Below, piece by piece: positions 9,901 through 17,123 of a stretch of 64,000 nucleotides of DNA; within the stretch, counting starts at the first letter, position 1, and every line of letters starts with the position of its first letter. The notes beneath the pieces were generated by a model, which searched no databases, was not told the DNA's origin, and was given only the letters and a program-made list of their open reading frames with translations. This DNA comes from Candidatus Daviesbacteria bacterium (lineage in GTDB: Bacteria > Patescibacteriota > Microgenomatia > Daviesbacterales > UBA10151), in contig JACPKP010000003.1 in assembly GCA_016186955.1 (NCBI GenBank), positions 130,290-194,289 of the forward strand, in the 5' to 3' direction. The translations under genes were made by a program, and so were the position numbers.

Positions 9901-11936
9901 TTTGCCACATATAATCCATACTGGTTAGTAGTACAGTTGGTGGTGCAGTCTGAGGCTACAGTTGCAGTAGTAGTTATATATTGCCCATATATATTATTTG
10001 CTACAGTATCAGTGAGTCCTGCGCCTGAAAGGGTGGAAGATGGGTTTAAATAGCTTCCATACAAATTTAGTGTGCCTCCTGTTGAGGCAGCAGTAGACGC
10101 AGGTTGAGATCTTAATCCGTACACTGCTCTGGTTCCAGAAGCAAGTGCACCTGTTGCTGAGGTTGCCAGGTCTGCAGCTGCTAACGTATCACCTGTAGTC
10201 GAGCTTGAAGTTATAGTCTGATATATTCCATAACCTGTTTTTGCAGCATTGCCAGTTAAAGCCAAAGATCCGTAATATCCGTAATCAGTGTTACCAAAAG
10301 CTGTAGTATCTGTAGCCACATTTTTGATGCCATTCCCGGTGGTCGCAGAACCAGCGCTAAAGTCTGGCGCCAGGTAGAGCAGTGATCCTTCAGTCCCGGC
10401 AGATCCCACATCTGAGGCAATTTTCACAAACCCGGAGGAAGCGCCGGAAGTTACACCGGTTGAAGTAGGGCCAACCAATGATAAAGCAGAACCGGTTGTA
10501 ATTGAGGAGGCTGTGTAAGTTAAGCCGGTTGTAGTATCACCGGTGAAAGTTTGAGACCAGGTATTGGTAGTTTGGTTTAAAGTTAAAGCTGCATCTAAAT
10601 CCAAGGTATCTTGAAACTCAGTAAAATCCAATGAGTCGGCTGTGACACCTGTAGCGCTTATTGTTGAACATTCCCACCTTATATCAGTTGCATCCCACAC
10701 TAAAAGTTGGGCGTCAGAGCAACCCCTGAGCAGGGATAGCCCATCAGTTGCAACTTCTATCCCTGAATTGGCAGTAGTTGTGGTGGTAGTACTGGAGGTT
10801 GTGACATCTAAACTAACAGTTACCGCACCTGAAGTGCCTCCGCCGGATAAACCATTGCCAACTGAGACTGCTGTAATGTCACCGCCGGAATCTGAATCAG
10901 TATCACAGTTACTCCATGATCCATTTATATAACATCTGAACTTGTTTGAACCGGTATTATAATAAGTTGCGCCATTGGCAGGTGAAGAAGGGTCAGAAGC
11001 CAGTTGCCCTAAATTAAGCGAAGCCCCTAAAGTTGCACCCCCTGATAAAGTCAACGGTACTGTGGTTACAGCACCCCTGGCAGTGACTGTAGCTAAAGTA
11101 TCCAGTTCTGCCAGGCCGGTGGCTGAGATAGTGGGGTTTTGTTTATCACCGGTAATGGTAATATTAGTCCCTGGTTTTACACCGTAGAGGATATTAGACG
11201 CCGTAAGGTTCCCCTGGAACACGCCTTCTCCTTCTACTGCCAGGCTGCCTGTTATATTTGTATCAGCATTAAGCTGTAAAAATTTACCTTCTTTGGCTAA
11301 AGTTGAGTCCCCTAAAACTTCAGGTTGGGAGTTTTCACGGATACTTTGATCAGGAGATATATCATTTGATAGGCTTATACCTAGCAGTTTTGCTACTTGC
11401 GGTTGTTTAAAAGCAAAAGTTGTTGTGCCCAATATCAGGATTAAAAATATAAAAGCTAAAAAAGCAGTCAGGGGGAAGGTTAAACTTTTTGTCTGGATAT
11501 TTTGGGGATCATCAAGCGCAAATTGGAAGATGTCATTCAAAGCGTAATCTGAGTTGGGGATATTCAGTTCTTTTTGTAATTTTTTAACCTCTGTTTTTGA
11601 AAACCTTCTTGCTCCGCCTTCAGTCCGGTCCGGGTTAATAAGGCCTTTTTTCTCCCAGTTCCGTAAAGTGTCTTTTGAAATTTTTAAAGCTTTAGAAGCT
11701 CTGGAGATTGATAAAAGTCCATGTTTTCTTTTTGATGCAGGGTGGATCTCTTGTTTTAATGCATTAAGTTCAGATAATTTATAACGCCTGGCTCCTCCCT
11801 GGGTCCTGCTAGGGATCAGTTTTCCCTGCTTCTCCCAGTTCCTTAATGTGTCCGGGGATACGCCTAAAACCCTGGCAGCATGAGAGATTGAGATAAATCC
11901 TCCGAAAGATTTTAAAACAGACGACTTTTTTACCAT
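3933..11936 (-). CDS. Giant (2667 aa) membrane protein. The N-terminus has two tandem HTH_17 (MerR/excisionase-type) DNA-binding domains, followed by a single TM helix and a Thr/Ser/Gly-rich repetitive extracellular region with internal duplications. The C-terminus has a coiled-coil stretch and a globular domain.
   Basis: ORF track. The motifs SISHAARVLGVSPDTLRNWEKQGKLIPSRTQGGARRYKLSEL and SISRASKALKISKDTLRNWEKKGLINPDRTEGGARRFSKTEV match the HTH_17 pattern. The TM helix is LTAFLAFIFLILILGTTTFAF (aa 153-176). After it come about 2400 aa of T/S/G/N-rich sequence with near-identical internal repeats. The C-terminus has a heptad-like stretch (SLKSAEASNSAELAQAKSDLAQVKSLSEEAVSHSQTL). Confidence 0.85.
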   Translation of the reverse strand: MVKKSSVLKSFGGFISISHAARVLGVSPDTLRNWEKQGKLIPSRTQGGARRYKLSELNALKQEIHPASKRKHGLLSISRASKALKISKDTLRNWEKKGLINPDRTEGGARRFSKTEVKKLQKELNIPNSDYALNDIFQFALDDPQNIQTKSLTFPLTAFLAFIFLILILGTTTFAFKQPQVAKLLGISLSNDISPDQSIRENSQPEVLGDSTLAKEGKFLQLNADTNITGSLAVEGEGVFQGNLTASNILYGVKPGTNITITGDKQNPTISATGLAELDTLATVTARGAVTTVPLTLSGGATLGASLNLGQLASDPSSPANGATYYNTGSNKFRCYINGSWSNCDTDSDSGGDITAVSVGNGLSGGGTSGAVTVSLDVTTSSTTTTTTANSGIEVATDGLSLLRGCSDAQLLVWDATDIRWECSTISATGVTADSLDFTEFQDTLDLDAALTLNQTTNTWSQTFTGDTTTGLTYTASSITTGSALSLVGPTSTGVTSGASSGFVKIASDVGSAGTEGSLLYLAPDFSAGSATTGNGIKNVATDTTAFGNTDYGYYGSLALTGNAAKTGYGIYQTITSSSTTGDTLAAADLATSATGALASGTRAVYGLRSQPASTAASTGGTLNLYGSYLNPSSTLSGAGLTDTVANNIYGQYITTTATVASDCTTNCTTNQYGLYVANGTSSTNGTSTKYGLYVESPTGADTNYAAYFAGGNVNIQGLSASSAVYTDASKNLTSTAPTSGAIGYWSRTGTTLSPATANDIVSIANTTTTGADLAITNTGVYTGTGIFNLTANSANTGTLAAITGNGLSSGLALSLSSSSTALTTGSLLSSSYTGTATWTGNLNYLDYTPSSAPSTSPTGDLLRLNLGANATNFTGNILNLVDNSSSVFSVSKTQFTTSLPSSFTSAGDLSVAYDINFTNPTTSFIKSAAPITIQSGKIFNSSDLTLKTFNQGSVVVDSGNTTGTTTTGSFVISASALTTGTAAYITSTATSGKLLDLNATETSGTISNIAYGAAATLAGALTGQAIDTSTNVTATGQSITGISLTLNPSVTNTGSGTYNYKGLAVTGSALSQTTAAGTDNWSGVDVTVPALTDNFAGSTVTGSGLKVTTGNLTGTAGTASLNGLFVDGSSTTLATSGTFSGFKFSPNTAATGTTLYGVNIGAISSPGAGTETAINIANGWDVGIEFINPTGQSSGTTSLIEGSFSSASTLLSSTYRGINLDLQTNVTPLVGTASTLVAYRTNLPAATETGNNDHTFLGYSVSNTGAVTNQGTSQFTWSGFNLTNPGALTQNTAAGTILWSGLNFTIPAITQTTGTITANGIRIATGSITTGGTENGVSIVASGVGAGTLNGINIGAITPGAGTETAINIGNGWDQGIVTGTVTATSGSTSYQANLGTTAGAATATFGGVNIGAISGAGTQSSGVNIGANSATATTNYGINIGAISGAGTTNTGVNIAAVSGSTTNYAIKTAQGSVDLTDNSNTVPSLQLTNNTITTLGAGVNTTGMVNLQSTSLSTGNLLNVQVAANSFTTGKLADISTTSTGLTSGNLLYLDWTPGSTVTGTATGDLFKINIGSNGVNNPLNFLNFVSNSSSLFSVSQQQFTTSLPANFTAAGDLSVAYDLNFTNPTSSFVKSAAPLTVQSGETFNSSDLTLKTFNQGTVVFDTAATTGTSVDLTNGVLSTGTGFNMQFDAITTGTGLKISSSNTSQTTSNLLNVTQTGTTTGYTGNLVTFVGSGTTGAGNVLNVTGVNTSAGNAVNITANSLASGGNGLNVNSSTTGALTNGLVYINASAAHTGNALGLTTATATGIGELITASSVTTGSALSIVGPTSTGVTSGTSSGFVKIASDVGSAGTEGSLLYLAPDFSAGSATTGNGIKNVATDATALANTDYGYYGSLALTGNANKKGTGIYSTVTSSSTTAETFSAGSGGLTAIDAATSVTGIISTGTRDVFGLRSQPAVAAANTGGTVNLYGSYLAPSSTTATTGSTTNVYGEYITTTGTLTTDGTINQYGLYVADGTSSGTGTSIKYGIYLAPQTAADNNYGVCFDCDGTFGTQTVATGIQWGTDATTANNIAFYRSANGTATLELGDGSDLIAASAAAFNINLSDTATYTEWLCHNGTDGATGVQDVGDCNQAGAGDLGEYYGSDGTLEAGDLVVIDPNKSASQEVHDRYGQISKAYVVKNTQSYQPQIIGIISTNPVFYSLSKDVFNADDKPVVVALSGRVPTKVSAENGPIHRGDYLTSSSTPGVAMRATQPGQVVGKALEDFGDVENCQNGNSLEIENCKLKMGKIMAFVNISFADPANVLANMLLDSDGTLILPKVSAKSISLDPNIIVTLNGVKGINSQLYPSAIPQDDNGEAQDETSLDYALLTMVGTLASQKDSITSLRSDILGIAAKTESLKSAEASNSAELAQAKSDLAQVKSLSEEAVSHSQTLGEKIASTSANLASLSQKIDELLASNTPEVNQLELTPPEILLTTDSAKLSATSLNVSNDISTLKLSAGEVTISDSLKALGESSLANTLISGDLVVDGIFSITDGSRVNALPTLYLQTSPLAEKIDIFNGKVTIEKDGTLKVQTLIADQVKVTDKSSGTAIFPAGETELAVFNNLVKPDSIVILTPETLTTQTLAITDKVDGAGFVVKAPLPQTKDIKFSYLIIGKEVSSR

Positions 11937-12039
11937 TTTTTGATCCTAAAACCTATGAAAAACTTAGGAAAAAGTTATGAACAATTAAAATCAGTGTTAC
12001 AGAAAATAAAAGCAGTTGTCAAGAGATCAACATTATATA

Positions 12040-12180
12040 TAAAAAGAAATTTCCCGGTGTCATTCGAGAGCGTATTCCAAAACTGTCATTCCCGCGAAAG
12101 CGGGAATCTATTCTACTAATGGATCCCCGATTAGGTCGGGGGATGACAAAGGGGTTTTGAAATGACTTTTAGCAGCCCCC
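12040..12180. repeat. Cluster of short GC-rich hairpins (GTCATTCC..GGAATGAC type)
   Basis: GTCATTCCCGCGAAAGCGGGAATC and ATCCCCGATTAGGTCGGGGGATGAC are perfect stem-loops. They resemble hairpins at 34380-34400, 34495-34545 and 62440-62595. Confidence 0.45.
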
Positions 12181-12214
12181 TAACTTTGGAAAATTTTTAA
12201 AACTTTGTCCTATG

Positions 12215-12312
12215 CGCTCACCTGGAAGGAGTCCATCCGGCTCGCCTCGCTGACTCGCCTCGTCTTCGACTTGTCGAAGTGGGCCACCTTCCAGGTGGGG
12301 TTTGATCAAATC
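12215..12312. repeat. GC-rich inverted-repeat element, family 1 (GCTCACCTGGAAGGAGTCCATCCGGC ... CCACCTTCCAGGTGG)
   Basis: Related copies at 14925-14990 (reverse orientation) and 40695-40800. The shared core is CACCTGGAAGGAGTCCAT(C/A)C. Confidence 0.5.
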
Positions 12313-12457
12313 ATGAATTTCGGCCGATACAGTGCTAAATTTTTGATTTTGCTGTTATAATAACCCAAAATGAAATAATTTTTACTTAGCAGAAGTGATG
12401 TATAATTGCTAATTTTAGCCGCATAAATTTTAGCTTCCGTGAAAATTCCTGTGTAAG

Positions 12458-14875
12458 TTAAGTAACAAAATTGAGTAACCTCCCTTTTATATAAATTATT
12501 TTTTTAACGCCCGTGGCTAGATATTTTTTTACTTTTTCATTCCCTAAAGCCAATTTTACCACCTTGGTTTCCTCTTCCGCAACCTCATTACCAGTAGTGA
12601 GGGTATGCCTGAGTTTACCATTTACCTGCACGACTATTACAACATGTTCTTTTTGCAGATATTTTTCATCCGCCTCCGGCCATTTTTGCTGGTGTATGGA
12701 CCACTTGTCATCATCGGCAGCCTTAACTTGGTAGGACCAAAGTTCTTCCGTAATATGGGGTGCGAAAGGGGCTAAAAGTTTCAAAAAAGTCTCATATTCT
12801 ATCTCACTTACTTTTTTCTTGCCTAAGTAGTTGAGCCACTCCATTAAAGCTGCTACTGCGGTATTAAACCGGGTTGCCTCAATGTCATCTGTAACTTTCT
12901 TGATGGTTTTGTGCATCAGGTAGAGGCCTTCTTGGGTAGGTTTGGCTGCTTTAACCTGAGTTAGCAACCAGACCCTTTCTAAAAACCGGTAAGGTCCCCA
13001 AATCCGTTCACTAATCCAGGGGCCTGTGCCTTCATATGGCATAAAAAATGCCAGATATACCCTGACAGCATCTGCGCCATATTTATTGACCTCATCATCA
13101 GGGTTTACCACATTACCCTTAGATTTGCTCATCTTATTGCCGTCAGGGCCTAAGACAATCCCATGGTTTACCCTCCTTAAAGCATATTCATCAAGCTTAG
13201 TCAACCTTAAATCATAGAAAAATTTTGTGAAAAAACGGGAGTAAAGTGTATGCCCCAGCGTATGTTCAGCCCCTCCAAAGTAAATATCCACAGGCATAAT
13301 TTTGCTAGCTAAATCTATATCAAATACTTTAGTTTCTAAATCAGGGTTAAGATATCTAAAAAAATACCAGGAGGAATCAACAAAAGTATCCATTGTATCT
13401 ACATCCCTCTTGGCATCTCCTCCGCACTTTGGGCATTTAACACTTAGCCAAGCTTCATTTGAGGCTAAGGGGGATTTTCCTTTAGGTGTGTAGTCAACAT
13501 CATAAGGTAACTCAACAGGTAAATTTTTTTCCGGTACAGGCACTATACCGCATTTGGAACAGTGTACCATCGGAATAGGTGTCCCCCAGTACCTTTGTCT
13601 GGAAATTGACCAATCATGGATATGATATTGAGCGCTTCTTTCACCAAATCCTTGATTCTCCATCCAGCCTTTAACTTGCTCTTTGGCTGGTTGAGGCGTT
13701 TTTAAACCGCTAAACCTACCTGAATTTACTAAATAGCCTTCTTCTAAAACATCTTGGAGGGATTTGATCTCATCTTTATCTTTAGCAGTTTTGCCAATTA
13801 CCCTGATAACTGCTAACTCATATTTTTTAGCAAACTCAAAATCTCTTTTGTCCGATCCCGGAACTCCCATTACTGCCCCTGTTCCATAAGTTCCAATGAC
13901 ATAGTCTGCAATCCAAATGGGAAATTTTTTATTATTTGCAGGATTAATACAATAGCTCCCTGTAAAAACCCCTGTTTTTTCTCTTTCTGCCTCTTTTCTT
14001 TCTACTTCAAGTTTTTTCTTAGCTTTTTCTAAATATTCTAATACACTTTGTTTATATTCGGGGGTTGCTATTTTAGTTGCTAAAGGATGCTCGGGAGCCA
14101 ATACCATATAGGTTACGCCAAAGATAGTTTCAGGGTAAACAGTATAAGCCTTAATTACTTCTTCGGAATTTTCCAGCTTAAAATCAATAATTATTCCTTC
14201 ACTTTTTCCAATCCACTGGTTTTGGGCTTCCCTGACTGATTTTGGCCAGTTAACATTTGGATCTTCCGGCCAGATTAACCTATCAGCGTAGGCTTTAATT
14301 TTAAAAAACCATTGGTCAACAGCTTTTTGGACAACTGGGTTACCACATCTCCAACATAATCCATCAACTACACCCTCATTAGCCAGCACAGTTTGGTCTG
14401 TTTCACACCAATTGGAAATATATTTGCCTTTGTAAGCTAAACCTTTTTCAAACATTTTTATAAAAATCCATTGATTCCATTTGTAATAGTTAGGTAATGA
14501 TGTGATCACTTCATGGTCGAAAGTAAACGAAGCGCCGGTTGTTTTAAACTGTTTTTTCATAGCAGCTATATTGGATTTTGTCCAGTCTTGAGGATGGATA
14601 TTACGTTTGATGGCTGCATTTTCTGCCGGCAGGCCAAAAGCATCAAAGCCGTTTGGAAAGAAAACATTATATCCCTGCATCCGTTTCATACGGGCGTAAA
14701 TATCGGCGCCTCCAAATGTAAACCAGTGGCCCATATGCAGGTCTCCGGATGGATAGGCAAATTCAGCCAGAACGTAAAATTTATTAGGTTTAGCCAGGTC
14801 GGTTTTATACAGGCCTGACTCTTCCCATTTTTTTTGCCATTTTGGCTCGATATTTTTAGGGATATATTTCTTCAT
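12458..14875 (-). CDS. leuS: Leucyl-tRNA synthetase
   Basis: 805 aa. It has the HMGH (HIGH-class) motif at the N-terminus (PSGDLHMGHWFTFGG) and KMSKSKGN. The N-terminal block MKKYIPKNIEPKWQKKWEESGLYKTD is typical of LeuS. Confidence 0.9.
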   Translation of the reverse strand: MKKYIPKNIEPKWQKKWEESGLYKTDLAKPNKFYVLAEFAYPSGDLHMGHWFTFGGADIYARMKRMQGYNVFFPNGFDAFGLPAENAAIKRNIHPQDWTKSNIAAMKKQFKTTGASFTFDHEVITSLPNYYKWNQWIFIKMFEKGLAYKGKYISNWCETDQTVLANEGVVDGLCWRCGNPVVQKAVDQWFFKIKAYADRLIWPEDPNVNWPKSVREAQNQWIGKSEGIIIDFKLENSEEVIKAYTVYPETIFGVTYMVLAPEHPLATKIATPEYKQSVLEYLEKAKKKLEVERKEAEREKTGVFTGSYCINPANNKKFPIWIADYVIGTYGTGAVMGVPGSDKRDFEFAKKYELAVIRVIGKTAKDKDEIKSLQDVLEEGYLVNSGRFSGLKTPQPAKEQVKGWMENQGFGERSAQYHIHDWSISRQRYWGTPIPMVHCSKCGIVPVPEKNLPVELPYDVDYTPKGKSPLASNEAWLSVKCPKCGGDAKRDVDTMDTFVDSSWYFFRYLNPDLETKVFDIDLASKIMPVDIYFGGAEHTLGHTLYSRFFTKFFYDLRLTKLDEYALRRVNHGIVLGPDGNKMSKSKGNVVNPDDEVNKYGADAVRVYLAFFMPYEGTGPWISERIWGPYRFLERVWLLTQVKAAKPTQEGLYLMHKTIKKVTDDIEATRFNTAVAALMEWLNYLGKKKVSEIEYETFLKLLAPFAPHITEELWSYQVKAADDDKWSIHQQKWPEADEKYLQKEHVVIVVQVNGKLRHTLTTGNEVAEEETKVVKLALGNEKVKKYLATGVKKIIYIKGRLLNFVT

Positions 14876-14924
14876 AAAACAATTCTATCATCTGAAGTTT
14901 AAGATCTCAAATAGAAACTTCCAA

Positions 14925-14990
14925 GAGCCAGGTTACACCCGAAAGGTGGCCGGATGGACTCCTTTCGGGTGAGTGCAGTTAAACGTATTT
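14925..14990. repeat. Family-1 GC-rich palindromic repeat copy
   Basis: CCCGAAAGGTGGCCGGATGGACTCCTTTCGGGTGAGTGC. It is the reverse complement of the core at 12222-12245 and has an internal inverted repeat CCCGAAAGG/CCTTTCGGG. Confidence 0.5.
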
Positions 14991-15040
14991 TTTGTGCCTG
15001 TGCGGGAATTGATTGTTATTATAAATTATATTTTGATATC

Positions 15041-15140
15041 TTGACAGTTAAATTCACCAAAGTTTAAAATTAATTCAGGAGCAGGGGTAATGCAGACGAC
15101 TACCCCTGCTTTTTTGTGGCAAAAATTTGCATTATCCTAA
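15041..15140 (+). promoter_or_regulatory. Candidate promoter plus leader upstream of the atp operon. An intrinsic terminator hairpin overlaps a 16-codon uORF (MQTTTPAFLWQKFALS).
   Basis: TTGACA at 15041-15046, then an 18 nt spacer, then TAAAAT at 15065-15070. SD AGGAG at 15077-15081. uORF ATG at 15090 inside the loop of hairpin GCAGGGGTA(15081-89)/TACCCCTGC(15101-09), followed by TTTTTTG. Three consecutive Thr codons. uORF stop at 15138-15140, 22 nt before the main ATG at 15163. Confidence 0.4.
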
Positions 15141-15162
15141 AGAATAGTCGTATTCTGGAAGT

Positions 15163-15948
15163 ATGAAAAGGAAATTTTTAATTTACCTTGCTTTTTACTT
15201 TTTGCTTTTTACTTTTTGCTTTTTCTTTACTACTTCTGTTTCTGCCCAGACAGCGTTAGATACTACCACTACTTATGAAATCTCTGACCCCCAGGCAAAG
15301 GATGGGGAGATACTTGAACTGAAAGATAAAAAATTTGTCAGGGCAAGCGTGCCATATTCAAATAAGATATATGGGGTGTTAGTAGATAACCCGTTGATTG
15401 TTTACCGGGGTTTTGAAGAAAATAAAAGGGCTATTGCCACATCAGGGGTTGCCCGGGTTTTGGTCACAACTATCAATGGCCCGGTTCTACCCGGTGACTT
15501 TATTACTTCATCTGCTATACCTGGAAAAGGCCAAAAAGCCACCAGGTCAGGGCATGTTTTAGGGATAGCGCTTGACGGGTTTTCGGGCGCTGGTACAGGT
15601 AGTATTCAGGTAAGCCTCCGGGTAGGCTACGCAGAATTGCCTCAAGGGTCGGTTATAAGTTATGTAAATTTGTATACTACCTCTTTTTTAGAAAACATTA
15701 AAGACCCAAGAAGATTTATCCAGGTAACTGAATTTTTGATAGCATTATTGATAGTTATAGCTAGTTTGACATTTTCTTTTTTCGTCTTTACCCGTTCGGC
15801 TGTAAATGGGATTAAGGCAATAGGCCGTAACCCGTTAGCCAAAAGGGCCATCCTTTTTTCTGTGGCTCTCAATATTATTTTAGCTGTAGTTGTCAGTTTA
15901 GGCGGTATTGTTTTGGGGTTTATTATCATAACATTTAGTGGAGGTTGA
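15163..15948 (+). CDS. Hypothetical secreted/membrane protein. The C-terminal two-helix hairpin resembles an ATP synthase c-subunit but lacks the ion-binding carboxylate.
   Basis: Signal peptide MKRKFLIYLAFYFLLFTFCFFFTTSVSA. The C-terminal 67 aa (LIALLIVIASLTFSFFVFTRSAVNGIKAIGRNPLAKRAILFSVALNIILAVVVSLGGIVLGFII) have the c-subunit-like polar loop GRNP (compare ARQP) and an F-x-VAL helix 2, but no Glu/Asp. A possible internal TTG start at 15736 with an AGGT motif about 12 nt upstream. Confidence 0.4.
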   Translation: MKRKFLIYLAFYFLLFTFCFFFTTSVSAQTALDTTTTYEISDPQAKDGEILELKDKKFVRASVPYSNKIYGVLVDNPLIVYRGFEENKRAIATSGVARVLVTTINGPVLPGDFITSSAIPGKGQKATRSGHVLGIALDGFSGAGTGSIQVSLRVGYAELPQGSVISYVNLYTTSFLENIKDPRRFIQVTEFLIALLIVIASLTFSFFVFTRSAVNGIKAIGRNPLAKRAILFSVALNIILAVVVSLGGIVLGFIIITFSGG

Positions 15949-15980
15949 ATTAATCTGCGTTTTTTTATATCCTAAAGGTA

Positions 15981-16637
15981 ATGCCCGAATTACCAGCTGT
16001 ATTGTTTTTACTTTTGTCACTGGGGACCTTTCTTGTTGTCTATTATAGAATCCTTAAAAAGGAAGAGCCCAAAGAAGAGGTTGAGCTTGAAAAGGCCCGC
16101 TCCAAAGGTTTCCAGATTATCCATAATGCCATAAAAAAAGCGCAGGTTATTTTAGGTGAGGCTGAGATTGAAGGCATTAAAGTTTCTGCGCAGACAAAGC
16201 TGGAAAGTAAAAAGATAGAGGAGCGTTTTGATGCGCAACTTGGTATTTTTACAGACAGGTTGGATAAAATCCAGGAGGATTACAATAATTATTTAAATTC
16301 ATTGCGTGTCTCCGCCGGCACAAGTGAAGATAAAAATAATGAGGTGATCAGGCAACATATAAACCAGATCTTTGACAGGTTGGAACAAAGCCTGGTGGAG
16401 TCTTTTAACCAGACCCAGCAGCAAAGCATCCATACTATTGAAATGGAGATCCAGTCTGCCAGGCAGCTGATAGAAAGGTATAAACTTCAACAGCTCAAAT
16501 TAATAGATGAAAATATCATAGCGCTTTTGGAATCCACCCTTTCACTGGTGCTGGCTAAAAAATTGACACTCAAAGACCAGCTTGACCTGGTTTATGAGGC
16601 CCTGGAGAAAGCCAAAATTGAAAAGTTCATTGTATAA
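15981..16637 (+). CDS. atpF: F-type ATP synthase subunit b-like (single N-terminal TM plus long coiled coil)
   Basis: N-terminal TM LPAVLFLLLSLGTFLVVYY followed by a charged helical region. Its position is immediately upstream of delta/alpha. Confidence 0.55.
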   Translation: MPELPAVLFLLLSLGTFLVVYYRILKKEEPKEEVELEKARSKGFQIIHNAIKKAQVILGEAEIEGIKVSAQTKLESKKIEERFDAQLGIFTDRLDKIQEDYNNYLNSLRVSAGTSEDKNNEVIRQHINQIFDRLEQSLVESFNQTQQQSIHTIEMEIQSARQLIERYKLQQLKLIDENIIALLESTLSLVLAKKLTLKDQLDLVYEALEKAKIEKFIV

Positions 16638-16643
16638 ACTGAT

Positions 16644-17123
16644 ATGAACGGGATTTTAGACCTGGTACTTGCCCATACCTATACACGCGTAGATGCCCTA
16701 AGAAGGCTGCGGATTTTAAAACAGCTGTTGGAGGGCAGGTTGTTTGGTTTGGACCAACAACCGGAGCTGATTCCGCAGGATTCTGTCTGGTTAAACCAGC
16801 TGGATACAAAAATTTACAACTTTTTTAACAGGCAAAACCTTTATTCATTGATAGATGAGGTTGAAAAATTCATAAAGCAGGTTTTAACCCTGACCATCTA
16901 CCTGCCTTTTGAGCTTCCGGATACCGAGCTTATTGCCCTTGGTGAGTATTTAAGGAAAGATTACGGGAAAAATTTCCTGGTAGAGATTAAATTCGACTCA
17001 AATTTGATAGGAGGCTGCTCGTTAATCTGGAAAAGCATACTGAAAGACTACTCCCTAAAAAAAAGGATGGAGGACAGTAGGGAAGTAATTTTGGGTAACT
17101 TAAAGCAGTCACTTAAAAAATGA
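16644..17123 (+). CDS. atpH: F-type ATP synthase delta (OSCP) subunit
   Basis: The C-terminal block FLVEIKFDSNLIGGCSLIWKSILKDYSLKKRME matches the delta C-terminal domain (LIGG..vd.S.kg.L). It lies in operon context. Confidence 0.55.
   Translation: MNGILDLVLAHTYTRVDALRRLRILKQLLEGRLFGLDQQPELIPQDSVWLNQLDTKIYNFFNRQNLYSLIDEVEKFIKQVLTLTIYLPFELPDTELIALGEYLRKDYGKNFLVEIKFDSNLIGGCSLIWKSILKDYSLKKRMEDSREVILGNLKQSLKK

Noticed and set aside
4291-11784. Plus-strand ORFs of 60-180 aa overlapping the giant gene (for example 4291-4830, 6601-7077, 7108-7539)
   Set aside because: They lie antisense to a continuous 8 kb CDS. Their Pro/Val/Ala-rich translations are the usual shadow ORFs of Thr/Ser/Gly-rich coding sequence.
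15163-15948. Calling the first atp-operon ORF as subunit a (atpB)
   Set aside because: It has only one N-terminal hydrophobic segment plus a C-terminal two-helix hairpin. It lacks five TM helices and the conserved Arg-containing TM4.
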